This document shows positions 9,646 to 18,911 of a stretch of 64,000 nucleotides of DNA, one piece after another. The DNA is from a virus. Its lineage: Duplodnaviria > Caudoviricetes. The number at the start of each line of letters is the position of its first letter. The first letter of the stretch is position 1. Under the pieces are notes generated by a model, which saw nothing but the letters and a program-made list of their open reading frames with translations, did not search any database and was not told where the DNA came from. The DNA is taken from IMG/VR virus record IMGVR_UViG_3300029319_000032, positions 165-64,164 of that record; one strand, 5' to 3'. Both the position numbers and the translations under genes were made by a program.

Positions 9646-10029
9646 ATGAACAACAGATTTATATCATACTTGGTATTAACGCTCTGCTCATCACTATCTT
9701 GGTTGCACTCACAGTCAGTCAACTTAGATAGTTTTGCACAAATACAAGCGTTAAACATACAAAAATGCGCAGTAGTACAGGTTAATGCGTCTTGGAATCA
9801 CGCAAACAGAGTTAAGGTAGAAAAACTAGCTAAACTTTGTTATGTTGGAGAGATAGACTTAAATAACAAGGCTGTTGGTGCAGTAATTCAAAAAGAATGG
9901 AATATTAAAGTTGTCCCTACTATTATCATTCTTAAAGAAGGTAAAGAGGTTATGAGATATGAACCTGGTATCAGTATGAGATTTGATGAGCAAGAAGTTT
10001 TTAATAAGATTAAGAAGGAGATTCAATAA
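9646..10029 (+). CDS. Thioredoxin-like fold protein lacking CxxC, with signal-like N-terminus, copy A
   Basis: VVQVNASWN...WNIKVVPTIIILKEGKEV resembles the Trx fold (cis-Pro VPT motif). Confidence 0.55.
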   Translation: MNNRFISYLVLTLCSSLSWLHSQSVNLDSFAQIQALNIQKCAVVQVNASWNHANRVKVEKLAKLCYVGEIDLNNKAVGAVIQKEWNIKVVPTIIILKEGKEVMRYEPGISMRFDEQEVFNKIKKEIQ

Positions 10030-10175
10030 TGCCTGGATTAAAAGGGAAAATGAAAAATATAGATGTAGCTAAACCTTTTGGTAAAATTACTGCTGCAGAT
10101 TTTGCAGCGTTGAGAGCTATGAAACAAGGTAATGGTAAAGGTAAAATGAAAAATGCCAGCTCGCAAAAAAAGTAA
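10029..10175 (+). CDS. Small basic protein (48 aa, IDVAKPFGKITAADFAALR)
   Basis: Coupled TAATG start; absent from copy B. Confidence 0.5.
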   Translation: MPGLKGKMKNIDVAKPFGKITAADFAALRAMKQGNGKGKMKNASSQKK

Positions 10176-10467
10176 AAGAAAAGCAAAGTCTATAAGAAGA
10201 ACTACAAAAGGCAAGAATGCCAATTACAGACCTACTAAAAAAGGTGCTGGAATGACTAAAAAGGGTGTTGCTGCTTACAGAAGAGCAAACCCTGGAAGTA
10301 AATTAAAAACTGCTGTTACTGGTAAAGTAAAAAAAGGTAGCAAAGCGGCTAAAAGAAGAAAGTCTTATTGTGCAAGGTCTTTAGGACAACTGAAAAGAAG
10401 TTCTGCTAAAACTAGGAATAATCCTAATTCTAGAATAAGACAAGCACGTAGAAGATGGAAATGCTAA
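10153..10467 (+). CDS. Small K/R-rich protein, copy A
   Basis: GAGMTKKGVAAYRRANPGSKLKTAV...RKSYCARS...RRWKC, identical in copy B. Confidence 0.75.
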   Translation: MPARKKSKRKAKSIRRTTKGKNANYRPTKKGAGMTKKGVAAYRRANPGSKLKTAVTGKVKKGSKAAKRRKSYCARSLGQLKRSSAKTRNNPNSRIRQARRRWKC

Positions 10468-10482
10468 TTAATAGGAGGAATC

Positions 10483-10641
10483 ATGGGACCAATATTAGGT
10501 AAAGTTCTTACAAGTTTAGGTACAGAGAAGCTTATCAAAGCTATCATTATGCACCTAGGAGATTGGCTTGTAGCTAAATCATCTAACAAATTAGATGACA
10601 AACTATGGGCAGAAGTGAAAAAAACTCTAAACAAAAAATAG
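10483..10641 (+). CDS. Small amphipathic protein (52 aa, holin-like candidate)
   Basis: Strong SD AGGAGG; KSSNKLDDKLWAEVKK corresponds to KSDNKLDDEIWAEVKK at 55953. Confidence 0.65.
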   Translation: MGPILGKVLTSLGTEKLIKAIIMHLGDWLVAKSSNKLDDKLWAEVKKTLNKK

Positions 10642-10650
10642 GAGAGATAT

Positions 10651-10680
10651 ATGAACTGCGAATGCGGATGCGGGTGCTAA
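10651..10680 (+). CDS. 9-aa Cys-rich micropeptide MNCECGCGC (copy A)
   Basis: SD AGGAG upstream; identical peptide with 4 synonymous changes at 56116. Confidence 0.65.
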   Translation: MNCECGCGC

Positions 10681-12804
10681 GTGCCTAAACAAATGTTAAC
10701 ATTAAATGACTTTAGCGGAGGACTTAATACCAAGTCCTCTCCTAGGGATATTGCGTTCAATCAAGTTCAATCAGCTAGCAATGCTGTATTGTTAAATTCT
10801 GGTGTAGTTTATACATCAGTTGCTCCTACATCTAAAGGAACAGCTAGCGATATAGAAATAAGCGATTTTGTCAACACTGCTTTTACATTTAACTCTCAAT
10901 ACGATATATCATCAGCCCCAAATCCTGGTGACGGAGGTTATAGTAGAGGAAACTTCCAGGGAAGTCCTAAGGAAGTTATAACTTTACACGAAGGTTCAAC
11001 TGGAGCGTATAATATACGTTTTCTTTCAAGGAATTTTAATACTACTGGAAATTTATCTAGAAGCACTAATAATAGTATATCTGGTATTGCAAAACCTGTT
11101 TTTTATTACATAGATGGAACTTTGTATGTATGTGATGAAAGCCATGTTGGTAAATTAGGAGATGTTGCTTTTCCAGTAAGAACTGCAATAAGGTTTGTAG
11201 ATACAAACAGATTTGGAGTTACTACATTTGCTTGGGTTCAAGGAGCAGCGGTAGGAACTACAAGCGATGCTAATGCTAATATAAACTCTGACAGTTCTTT
11301 TTCTGCTACCTTAAACGTAGATGGTGAATTTGAAATGATTTACCAAATAGAATCTAGTTCTGGAGGCGGTGGATTTGAAGCAGGAGATTATGAATGGTCT
11401 TACACTTACGTCGACTTAACTGAAGATGAAAGCTTGCCTCACGTATGGACAAGCGCACCTAGCGCTGCAAGTTTGTCTACTGGTCACTTTTTTACAGGAG
11501 TTGGTGTTAAAATAAATGTAGCTAGTGCATTTAGAGAAAAGGAAAAAGGATTTAGAATATACACTAGAAGAAAAGACAAGAACGAAAGATGGAGTTTGTT
11601 TTTAGATGTAGATTATGAAAGAGGCGTAAGAAAAAATTTATTTGATGATTACAGTTCTTGGGGTGGCTCTGGAACATACAGAAGCTCTGGGACAAAAGAG
11701 GTAACATCTTTAGTAATAGAATCTCCAGCCTTAGATACTTATGATAGTATTAATGGATATTCACACACAGAAGAAAGTATAGACATAGATGCATATAAAA
11801 GTGCTTGTGTTGCACAAAGAAGAGCTTGGGTATGCAATGTATCCAAAGAAGATAAAACTTTCGATGACAGAATTTATTATACTCCAGTAAACAGATTTAA
11901 CACTTTTCCTGATTCATACTTTCTTGATATAGGTATTAACGACGGAGACTCTTTTGTTGCAGTAGAGTCTTTAGGTAATAGAATTATTGCTTTTAAACAA
12001 TCTAAAATATATGTAATAAATGTATCTTCTTCATCAGATGCTGGTTGGTATTTAGAAGCAGAATACGATGGACATGGATGCACTAAAAAAGAAGCATTAT
12101 GTAAAACACCTTTTGGTCTTTGTTGGGCTAATGAAGAAGGAGTATTTATATTTGATGGAACATCTATACCAAAAGAATTAACAGAAAATATATCAGATGA
12201 CACTTGGTCTACTGATTTTACATCTACTATGTCTTTAGCATTTGACCAAAAATACAAACAACTATATGTAGCTGTAAATTTATTAGAAAACGGTGACAAT
12301 AAAATATATGTTTATGACTTTGCTAAACAAGCTTGGAGTATAGTAACTAGAAGCGCAGCAGATTCACCAGCACAATCTAATTTCGTTCATTTGCCTGACG
12401 GTATATATGCATATGAGTTTGAAGAAGATTCAGGAACTGGTACAGCTGAAAATATTACAGTCAAAAAATATAGTTTGCTAGACTTAGGTGGAAAGAATTT
12501 AACATTACAAACAAAAGATATAGACTTTAATGCACCTGGAAAAATTAAAAAGGTATATAAAGTTTATGTAACAGCTAGAGATGCAACAGCGGGTACGGTG
12601 TTAACAATGAAATATGCAACTGATGGAAGTACCTCTTTTGGAAACTCAGCAAATGCAACCATAAATAGCAATCAATATGAGGTAAATGCTTTTACAGTTA
12701 ATGCAGATTGTGAGTCTATAGCATTAGAATTTACTAGCGATGGTAAAGTAGAGATAAGTGATATTACAATAGAATACAGAGCAAAATATAAGAGAGCGTC
12801 ATAA
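10681..12804 (+). CDS. Tail tubular/nozzle (stabilization) protein, copy A
   Basis: 707 aa; N-terminal DFSGGLNT motif and beta-propeller-like C-terminal half typical of podovirus nozzle proteins; paralogue at 56149. Confidence 0.65.
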   Translation: MPKQMLTLNDFSGGLNTKSSPRDIAFNQVQSASNAVLLNSGVVYTSVAPTSKGTASDIEISDFVNTAFTFNSQYDISSAPNPGDGGYSRGNFQGSPKEVITLHEGSTGAYNIRFLSRNFNTTGNLSRSTNNSISGIAKPVFYYIDGTLYVCDESHVGKLGDVAFPVRTAIRFVDTNRFGVTTFAWVQGAAVGTTSDANANINSDSSFSATLNVDGEFEMIYQIESSSGGGGFEAGDYEWSYTYVDLTEDESLPHVWTSAPSAASLSTGHFFTGVGVKINVASAFREKEKGFRIYTRRKDKNERWSLFLDVDYERGVRKNLFDDYSSWGGSGTYRSSGTKEVTSLVIESPALDTYDSINGYSHTEESIDIDAYKSACVAQRRAWVCNVSKEDKTFDDRIYYTPVNRFNTFPDSYFLDIGINDGDSFVAVESLGNRIIAFKQSKIYVINVSSSSDAGWYLEAEYDGHGCTKKEALCKTPFGLCWANEEGVFIFDGTSIPKELTENISDDTWSTDFTSTMSLAFDQKYKQLYVAVNLLENGDNKIYVYDFAKQAWSIVTRSAADSPAQSNFVHLPDGIYAYEFEEDSGTGTAENITVKKYSLLDLGGKNLTLQTKDIDFNAPGKIKKVYKVYVTARDATAGTVLTMKYATDGSTSFGNSANATINSNQYEVNAFTVNADCESIALEFTSDGKVEISDITIEYRAKYKRAS

Positions 12805-15800
12805 TGCCAAAATCTGGTGAACATAAAGTCAATTATATTGACTCTTTCTTTAGACAAAGACCATCAATAAACAGCGTCAGAGAAGGAGAGACAATATCTT
12901 TTCTTGAAGACGGCAAACTAATCAAACAAGAAAAAAGAAATGGTGTAGTATACCAATCTGAGTTTGCTGAAGCAATACCTAAACTATCTACAGACGAAGT
13001 AGAAACTGGAGTTATACGTGAAATTATAGCAGGCGATGGTCTTACTGGTGGTGGGTTTGCTGGAGAGATAACTTTAAATGTAGTTGGTGGTACAGGTATT
13101 ACTGCTAATGCAAATGATATAGCTATTGATTCTACAGTAACAACTCTTACTGGCTCACAAACTCTTACAAACAAAACTTTAACTGCACCAACTTTTACAG
13201 GTACAGCACAAGGTGCAAATCTTACACTTACTGGAGATTTGACAGTAGGTGGTACTACAATTACTTTAAATTCACAAAACTTACAAGTAAAAGATAAAAA
13301 TATTGTATTAAACTATTTAGATGGAGATGCAAGTTCTACTGCAGATGGAGCAGGTATAACAATACAAGATGCTGTAAATTCTTCAACTGATGCAACAATA
13401 TTGTGGGATAATTCAAGCCCTACAAATAGTCCAGGAGAGTTTGATTTTTCTCACTCTATCAATGTTACTGGAAATATATCAGTATCAGGTACTGTAGATG
13501 GAAGAGATTTAGCTACAGATGGTTCTAAGCTTGATGGAATAGAAGCAAGTGCTACTGCAGACCAAACAGCTTCAGACATCAGAGGTTTAGGCTTTTTTGA
13601 TACATCGAACGATGGTGCTACAAGTGGACTAGATTCTGATTTATTAGACGGACAACACGGAAGTTATTATTTAGATTTTGGTAACTTTGTAATAGATGAT
13701 GATGAAATACCTATTGCAAAACTAGCTTCTGATAGTGTTAGTTATGGTGGAGTTAGTGTTACTTTAGGTTCTTCAGATGCAACACCAGCATTTGATTTAT
13801 CAGACGCTACTAGTTTGCCTATAGTAGCTGGTACATCTGGTACACTTAGTGTGGCTAGAGGTGGTACTGGTGCTACTTCTTTAACAGATAATTCAGTATT
13901 AACTGGAACAGGTACAAGTGCTATTACAGCAGAAGCTAATCTTACTTTTGATGGAAGTACTTTAAATGTTAATGGAGATATTAAAGTAGGTGTAGGAGCA
14001 GATGCACAACTAACTTCTGTTAATAATGGATTAGCAATCAGAAATCTTGTATCTAATGCTGATATGTTCTTTTATGTAAATGATGGTGGTGTTGATACTG
14101 AAGCAATGAGAATAGATGGTGCTACTGCTAATGTCGGTATAGGAACTACATCACCTGGAAATACCTTACAAGTATCAGGAAGTGGCTCAACACCTATGTC
14201 ATCTGAAAGAACTACCAATAGTGGTGGGTTTGCTATGCTTCAAGGTAAAATGGGAGATAGTGCATCAACAACAGCAGGTCATGTTTATTCTGCTTTAGTA
14301 GCAGGTATTGAAGATAATACTAATGGTGCAGAAGATGGATATTTTGCAGTAGAAGTATCTGAAGGTGGAAGTGGTAGTGAAAAATTAAGAATTAAATCTA
14401 ATGGAAATGTCGGTATAGGAGTTACAAATCCTTCAAGAAAGCTACAAGTAGCAGGTGCAATAGAGTTATCAACAGCAGACACCACAATAGATACAAATAA
14501 TTTTGCTTTAAGAAGGGGTGCAAGTGGAGAAGGATTTTTAGATGCACCTGGTAATATTCAAATGAATATTGATACAAATAATAATCAATCTGATGCTTAT
14601 TTTGCAGTATGCCGCGATGCAGGTTCAACACCATTATTTAAAGTTTTAGAATCAGGTGCAATAACATTTAATAATGCTTATACATTTCCTACTGCAGATG
14701 GTAGTACAGGACAATTTTTAAAAACAAATGGTAGTGGGAGTGTGCAATTTTCAGATGGAGATATTGATTACACAGATTTAGGTAGTGGTAGTTTAGGTCT
14801 GAACGACAATAATAAAACTTTAATATTTAATTCATCAAGTGCTTCTTGGAGTGTTGATTTTCCTGCGACTACATTATTTACAGCAAATACAAATGTAGAT
14901 AATAGAATACTTACTGCCACAGGAGCAACAAATGGTGTAGCAGTTAATGGAGAATCTAATCTTACTTTTGATGGAAGTAATTTAAAATTAGCTATTGGTA
15001 ATGCATCGCCTGATGCACATCTACACATTGGAGATAATTCAAGTAATTTTACTCTTGGCACTACATCAGGAGATAGTATTGATTTACTAAAATTAGAAAC
15101 CGATTCTACTAATGCAAATCAGTTAATATTTTCATCTGAAAGAGTATCAGATGGAAGCACTTGGACTTCTACAAGAGAAAGAATTAGAAGAAGAGTAGAT
15201 ACAAGTAATATGGGATATATCCAGTTTGGTAGTAGTTTTGATGCTACAAATGCACACATGATTTCTTTTGGAGAAGTCGGTGTTGGCGATTATATGGGTA
15301 TTACTGGAGATGGAAAAATTGGTATAGGAACTACATCACCTTCAGGAAAACTCCATGTATCAGGAGATGCATATTTTACAGGTGGAGATGTTGGTGTTAA
15401 TACTACAAATCCAAGATTACCACTTCATGTAGCAAGTACAGATGGAGACGATGACCCTGCAAGTGCTTCAGCAACTGGTGCATTTTTTGTTACCAATAGT
15501 GCAGGAAGTTATGGATTACATATGGGAGTTTCATCAGATGGAAGTGGGTGGATACAATCACAATCTGTAACAAGTGCAAATGAATATAATTTAAACTTAA
15601 ATCCTATTGGTGGTAATGTCGGTATAGGCACTTCATCACCAAGTAAAAAGCTACACATTAAAGATTCTACAAATGAAATAGTATTTATTGAAAGTTCAGA
15701 TGATAATGCAGATATTGTTGGTGCAGATACTGGTGGGAGTACAAGATTTAGAAGTGCAAGTGGGATATTTCAATTTTTCACAGGTGGAAGTGCAAGTAAT

Positions 15801-18266
15801 GCAAGTGCAAGTGGCTCTTCATTTGCCATGGAAATTGATGAAAACCAACGAGTGGGTATAGGAACTTCAGCACCTGCATATAAATTAGATGTCTTTGGAA
15901 CAACAAGAATCTATAGTGCTTCAGGAGATGCTGATTTAAGAATAGAAGGTGGTGCAAGTAATACTACTTCATTTATGATTAGAAATGGGGCTGGTAATAA
16001 TAGAGTAGATTTCTTAACTGGTGGTTCTAATGCTATGACTATTAATTCTTCTCAAAATGTCGGTATAGGAACTACATCACCAGCAACATTATTACACATA
16101 AATAAAAGTCAGTTTAATCCAACAAGCACTTCTGCATTACCAATAGGAAGATTTTCAGGTAGTTATGGTGGTGGACTTGGATTTTTTGACACAAAAGAAG
16201 CAGGTATGTATGCAATAGACAATGGAGATACTTTTAACTTTTATGTCGGTAGAACTATAGATACTGATACACCTGCAAGTAAAATTGTAATGACAATGAA
16301 GTCATCAGGTAATGTAGGAATAGGAGTTACATCACCAAGTGCTAAGTTAGATATTGATAGTACAAGTGGAACAGCATTATATGTAGATGGTGGTGTCGGT
16401 GGTGATAATATAGCAGAATTTCACAGAACAGATGGTGCTACAGCAAGTGTAAAAATCCATGCAGGAGGTGGCGACCCACAAATAACTTATAGAGATACTG
16501 ACAGAGTATTTTCTATGGGTATAGATGCTTCTGAAAATCATTTTAAAATAGCCGAACATACTGACATAGGTGCTAACGAAAGATTTCGAATTGCAGATAG
16601 TGGCAATGTTATAATGTTTAATGATGTCGGAATAGGAACTTCATCACCTGAAGGTAAAGTCCACATTTATAATGGAGATGCAAGTGTAGCACCTGATGGA
16701 GATGCTGATGAATTAGTAGTAGAAAATTCAAGTAGGTCAGGTATTAGTATTTTATCAGGAGAAGGTAGTACAGATACTGGTGCAGTAATTTTTGGTAGTG
16801 CAAATGATGCTTTTGGTGCAGGACTTCAATATAGCTATCATGGTAATTCTTTAAAACTTATGACTGCAAATACTGGTCACTCTTTAATTTTTTCAACTGA
16901 TAATAATTCTGAAGCCATGAGAATAAACTCATCAGGTAATGTCGGTATAGGAACTAACTCACCTACAGAAAAATTACAAGTAGATGGTAATATAAAAATT
17001 GAAGATGGTGGTATTTATCCTGCATTATTGTTTGATGATGTTGATACAGGTGCTTATATAGCAAATAATGCCAATGGTTTATTTATTGGTAAAACAAATA
17101 GTCCAAGCTCAGCTAATGATATAATGAAACTTGATTTGACTAATTCGAGAGTCGGTATAGGAACTACTTCACCAGGTGCTTTATTCACAGTAAGAAAAGA
17201 TGGAACACAAGCATCAAGTGTTAGCACAACATATCAAATACAAACAGTATCTAATTCTAATGGTGGTATTGCTATACAAGCAGGAGATAGTTCTCATGGA
17301 TATTTAGTATTTGGAGATAATGGCAATTATGATGCAGGTAGAATTGCCTATGGAAATAGTTCAGGTGCTATGGGATTTTGGACAGCAGATAATGAAAGAA
17401 TGAGAATTAACTCTACTGGATTAGGTATAGGAACTACATCACCACAAGGACATTTAGATATTAATACAGAATCAGCAGAAGCAACTAAAGTTGTTATTAA
17501 TGGAGAAGTCAGTCAAGATAAATTATTACTTATTAGACATCTTGAAAATAGTGAACTTTCAACAACTAATGCTTTAGGATTTATAGGTTCAGTTGTAGAC
17601 AATGTTTTAACATTAGGACATTATAATTCAAGTGGTTCAGAAGTTCAAGTATTGCATATTACAGAAGGTGCAGATGTAGGAATAGGAACTACTTCACCTA
17701 CATATAAATTAGATGTTGAAAGTTCAGATACATATATTGCACATTTTGTTTCAACTGGAACAAATGCTTTTATGCAATTAACTACAACTACTCACGGAGT
17801 AACTACCGGAGATGGTTTAATTTGGGGTATAGATAGTAATGCAGATACTTACTTTACTAATAGAGAAAATGCTTCTATGAGATTTTCTACTAATAATACT
17901 GAAGCATTTAGAATTGACAATAGCCAAGATGCACATTTTGACCAAGATGTTATAGCATTCTCTACTACACCTTCTGATATAAGACTAAAAGAAAACTTTG
18001 AAAAAATAGAAAATGGATTAGATGTAGTATCTCAATTAGAAGGACATACATTTAATTGGAAAAAAGGTGGAGAAAGATTAAGTGCAGGATTTAAAGCACA
18101 AGAAGTAGAAAAGATTTTACCGCACTTAGTAGATGAAAAGAAACTTCCACTAAGAGCAGATGACGATAAAGAATACAAGATTTTACGATATGAGGAAATG
18201 ATACCTTATTTAGTAGAAGCAATTAAACAACTAAAAACAGAAATAGAGGAATTGAAAAATGGCTAA
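12804..18266 (+). CDS. Long tail fibre with repeated GNVGIGTTSP modules and C-terminal peptidase S74 intramolecular chaperone, copy A
   Basis: About 13 VGIGTxSP repeats; SDIRLKEN...GFKAQEVEKILP...LVEAIKQL chaperone signature. Confidence 0.85.
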   Translation: MPKSGEHKVNYIDSFFRQRPSINSVREGETISFLEDGKLIKQEKRNGVVYQSEFAEAIPKLSTDEVETGVIREIIAGDGLTGGGFAGEITLNVVGGTGITANANDIAIDSTVTTLTGSQTLTNKTLTAPTFTGTAQGANLTLTGDLTVGGTTITLNSQNLQVKDKNIVLNYLDGDASSTADGAGITIQDAVNSSTDATILWDNSSPTNSPGEFDFSHSINVTGNISVSGTVDGRDLATDGSKLDGIEASATADQTASDIRGLGFFDTSNDGATSGLDSDLLDGQHGSYYLDFGNFVIDDDEIPIAKLASDSVSYGGVSVTLGSSDATPAFDLSDATSLPIVAGTSGTLSVARGGTGATSLTDNSVLTGTGTSAITAEANLTFDGSTLNVNGDIKVGVGADAQLTSVNNGLAIRNLVSNADMFFYVNDGGVDTEAMRIDGATANVGIGTTSPGNTLQVSGSGSTPMSSERTTNSGGFAMLQGKMGDSASTTAGHVYSALVAGIEDNTNGAEDGYFAVEVSEGGSGSEKLRIKSNGNVGIGVTNPSRKLQVAGAIELSTADTTIDTNNFALRRGASGEGFLDAPGNIQMNIDTNNNQSDAYFAVCRDAGSTPLFKVLESGAITFNNAYTFPTADGSTGQFLKTNGSGSVQFSDGDIDYTDLGSGSLGLNDNNKTLIFNSSSASWSVDFPATTLFTANTNVDNRILTATGATNGVAVNGESNLTFDGSNLKLAIGNASPDAHLHIGDNSSNFTLGTTSGDSIDLLKLETDSTNANQLIFSSERVSDGSTWTSTRERIRRRVDTSNMGYIQFGSSFDATNAHMISFGEVGVGDYMGITGDGKIGIGTTSPSGKLHVSGDAYFTGGDVGVNTTNPRLPLHVASTDGDDDPASASATGAFFVTNSAGSYGLHMGVSSDGSGWIQSQSVTSANEYNLNLNPIGGNVGIGTSSPSKKLHIKDSTNEIVFIESSDDNADIVGADTGGSTRFRSASGIFQFFTGGSASNASASGSSFAMEIDENQRVGIGTSAPAYKLDVFGTTRIYSASGDADLRIEGGASNTTSFMIRNGAGNNRVDFLTGGSNAMTINSSQNVGIGTTSPATLLHINKSQFNPTSTSALPIGRFSGSYGGGLGFFDTKEAGMYAIDNGDTFNFYVGRTIDTDTPASKIVMTMKSSGNVGIGVTSPSAKLDIDSTSGTALYVDGGVGGDNIAEFHRTDGATASVKIHAGGGDPQITYRDTDRVFSMGIDASENHFKIAEHTDIGANERFRIADSGNVIMFNDVGIGTSSPEGKVHIYNGDASVAPDGDADELVVENSSRSGISILSGEGSTDTGAVIFGSANDAFGAGLQYSYHGNSLKLMTANTGHSLIFSTDNNSEAMRINSSGNVGIGTNSPTEKLQVDGNIKIEDGGIYPALLFDDVDTGAYIANNANGLFIGKTNSPSSANDIMKLDLTNSRVGIGTTSPGALFTVRKDGTQASSVSTTYQIQTVSNSNGGIAIQAGDSSHGYLVFGDNGNYDAGRIAYGNSSGAMGFWTADNERMRINSTGLGIGTTSPQGHLDINTESAEATKVVINGEVSQDKLLLIRHLENSELSTTNALGFIGSVVDNVLTLGHYNSSGSEVQVLHITEGADVGIGTTSPTYKLDVESSDTYIAHFVSTGTNAFMQLTTTTHGVTTGDGLIWGIDSNADTYFTNRENASMRFSTNNTEAFRIDNSQDAHFDQDVIAFSTTPSDIRLKENFEKIENGLDVVSQLEGHTFNWKKGGERLSAGFKAQEVEKILPHLVDEKKLPLRADDDKEYKILRYEEMIPYLVEAIKQLKTEIEELKNG

Positions 18267-18510
18267 AGTAATCGCAGAAAAAGTACAAGAACAAGTACAA
18301 GTTGATTCACCTAAAATGGTTGAAATCAAGCATATAAGAACAATGCAAGATGCTTCAGGTAATGATGTAGAAGTAGTAGATTATACTGATGTAAAATCAG
18401 TAGATGAAGCTATAGCAGATTGTGAAGCATACAAAGCTAATTTACAAGCACAACTTACTGAATGTGAAGCAGAATTAGCAGACTATATAGCAATTAGAGA
18501 CGCTGAATAA
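18259..18510 (+). CDS. Small tail-fibre-associated protein
   Basis: SD GAGG; follows the fibre gene; acidic coiled coil. Confidence 0.55.
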   Translation: MAKVIAEKVQEQVQVDSPKMVEIKHIRTMQDASGNDVEVVDYTDVKSVDEAIADCEAYKANLQAQLTECEAELADYIAIRDAE

Positions 18511-18851
18511 TGGCAGGTCCAGCAGTAGGAACAAGTAATGTAGGTATAAGAGCAATAGGTAGTGCTCTTGGAGAAGCTACTAATGTAAATGAAACTTCTA
18601 ATTTAAGTTTAGCAAGTTTATGTGGTGGTACAGACGGAAGTATTACAAACACATTTCCAAGTAATGATGACAGTGGTCCTGCAGATACATTTAATAGATT
18701 AGGTGGTACAAATAATCCTATACAAAGCACGCAGATAGATAATCCAGATGCAACTTTATTAAACAATATAGGTAGTGCACCATATCACATGAGTCACACT
18801 TTTGGTGGGCAACACGCTGACCTTGGTGGTGGTGGTGGACCAGGTAGATAA
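18510..18851 (+). CDS. Small Gly/Thr-rich virion protein
   Basis: Coupled to the previous ORF; structural-type composition. Confidence 0.5.
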   Translation: MAGPAVGTSNVGIRAIGSALGEATNVNETSNLSLASLCGGTDGSITNTFPSNDDSGPADTFNRLGGTNNPIQSTQIDNPDATLLNNIGSAPYHMSHTFGGQHADLGGGGGPGR

Positions 18852-18911
18852 TTAAAATAATAGTAGAAATGGAGAATAACTTTTTAATAAATTAGTTAGG
18901 ATATATATATT

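Noticed and set aside
15060-15340. Diversity-generating retroelement TR/VR pair with 61074-61354
   Set aside because: No reverse transcriptase seen; both copies lie inside long fibre ORFs, and the few mismatches are better explained by recombination.
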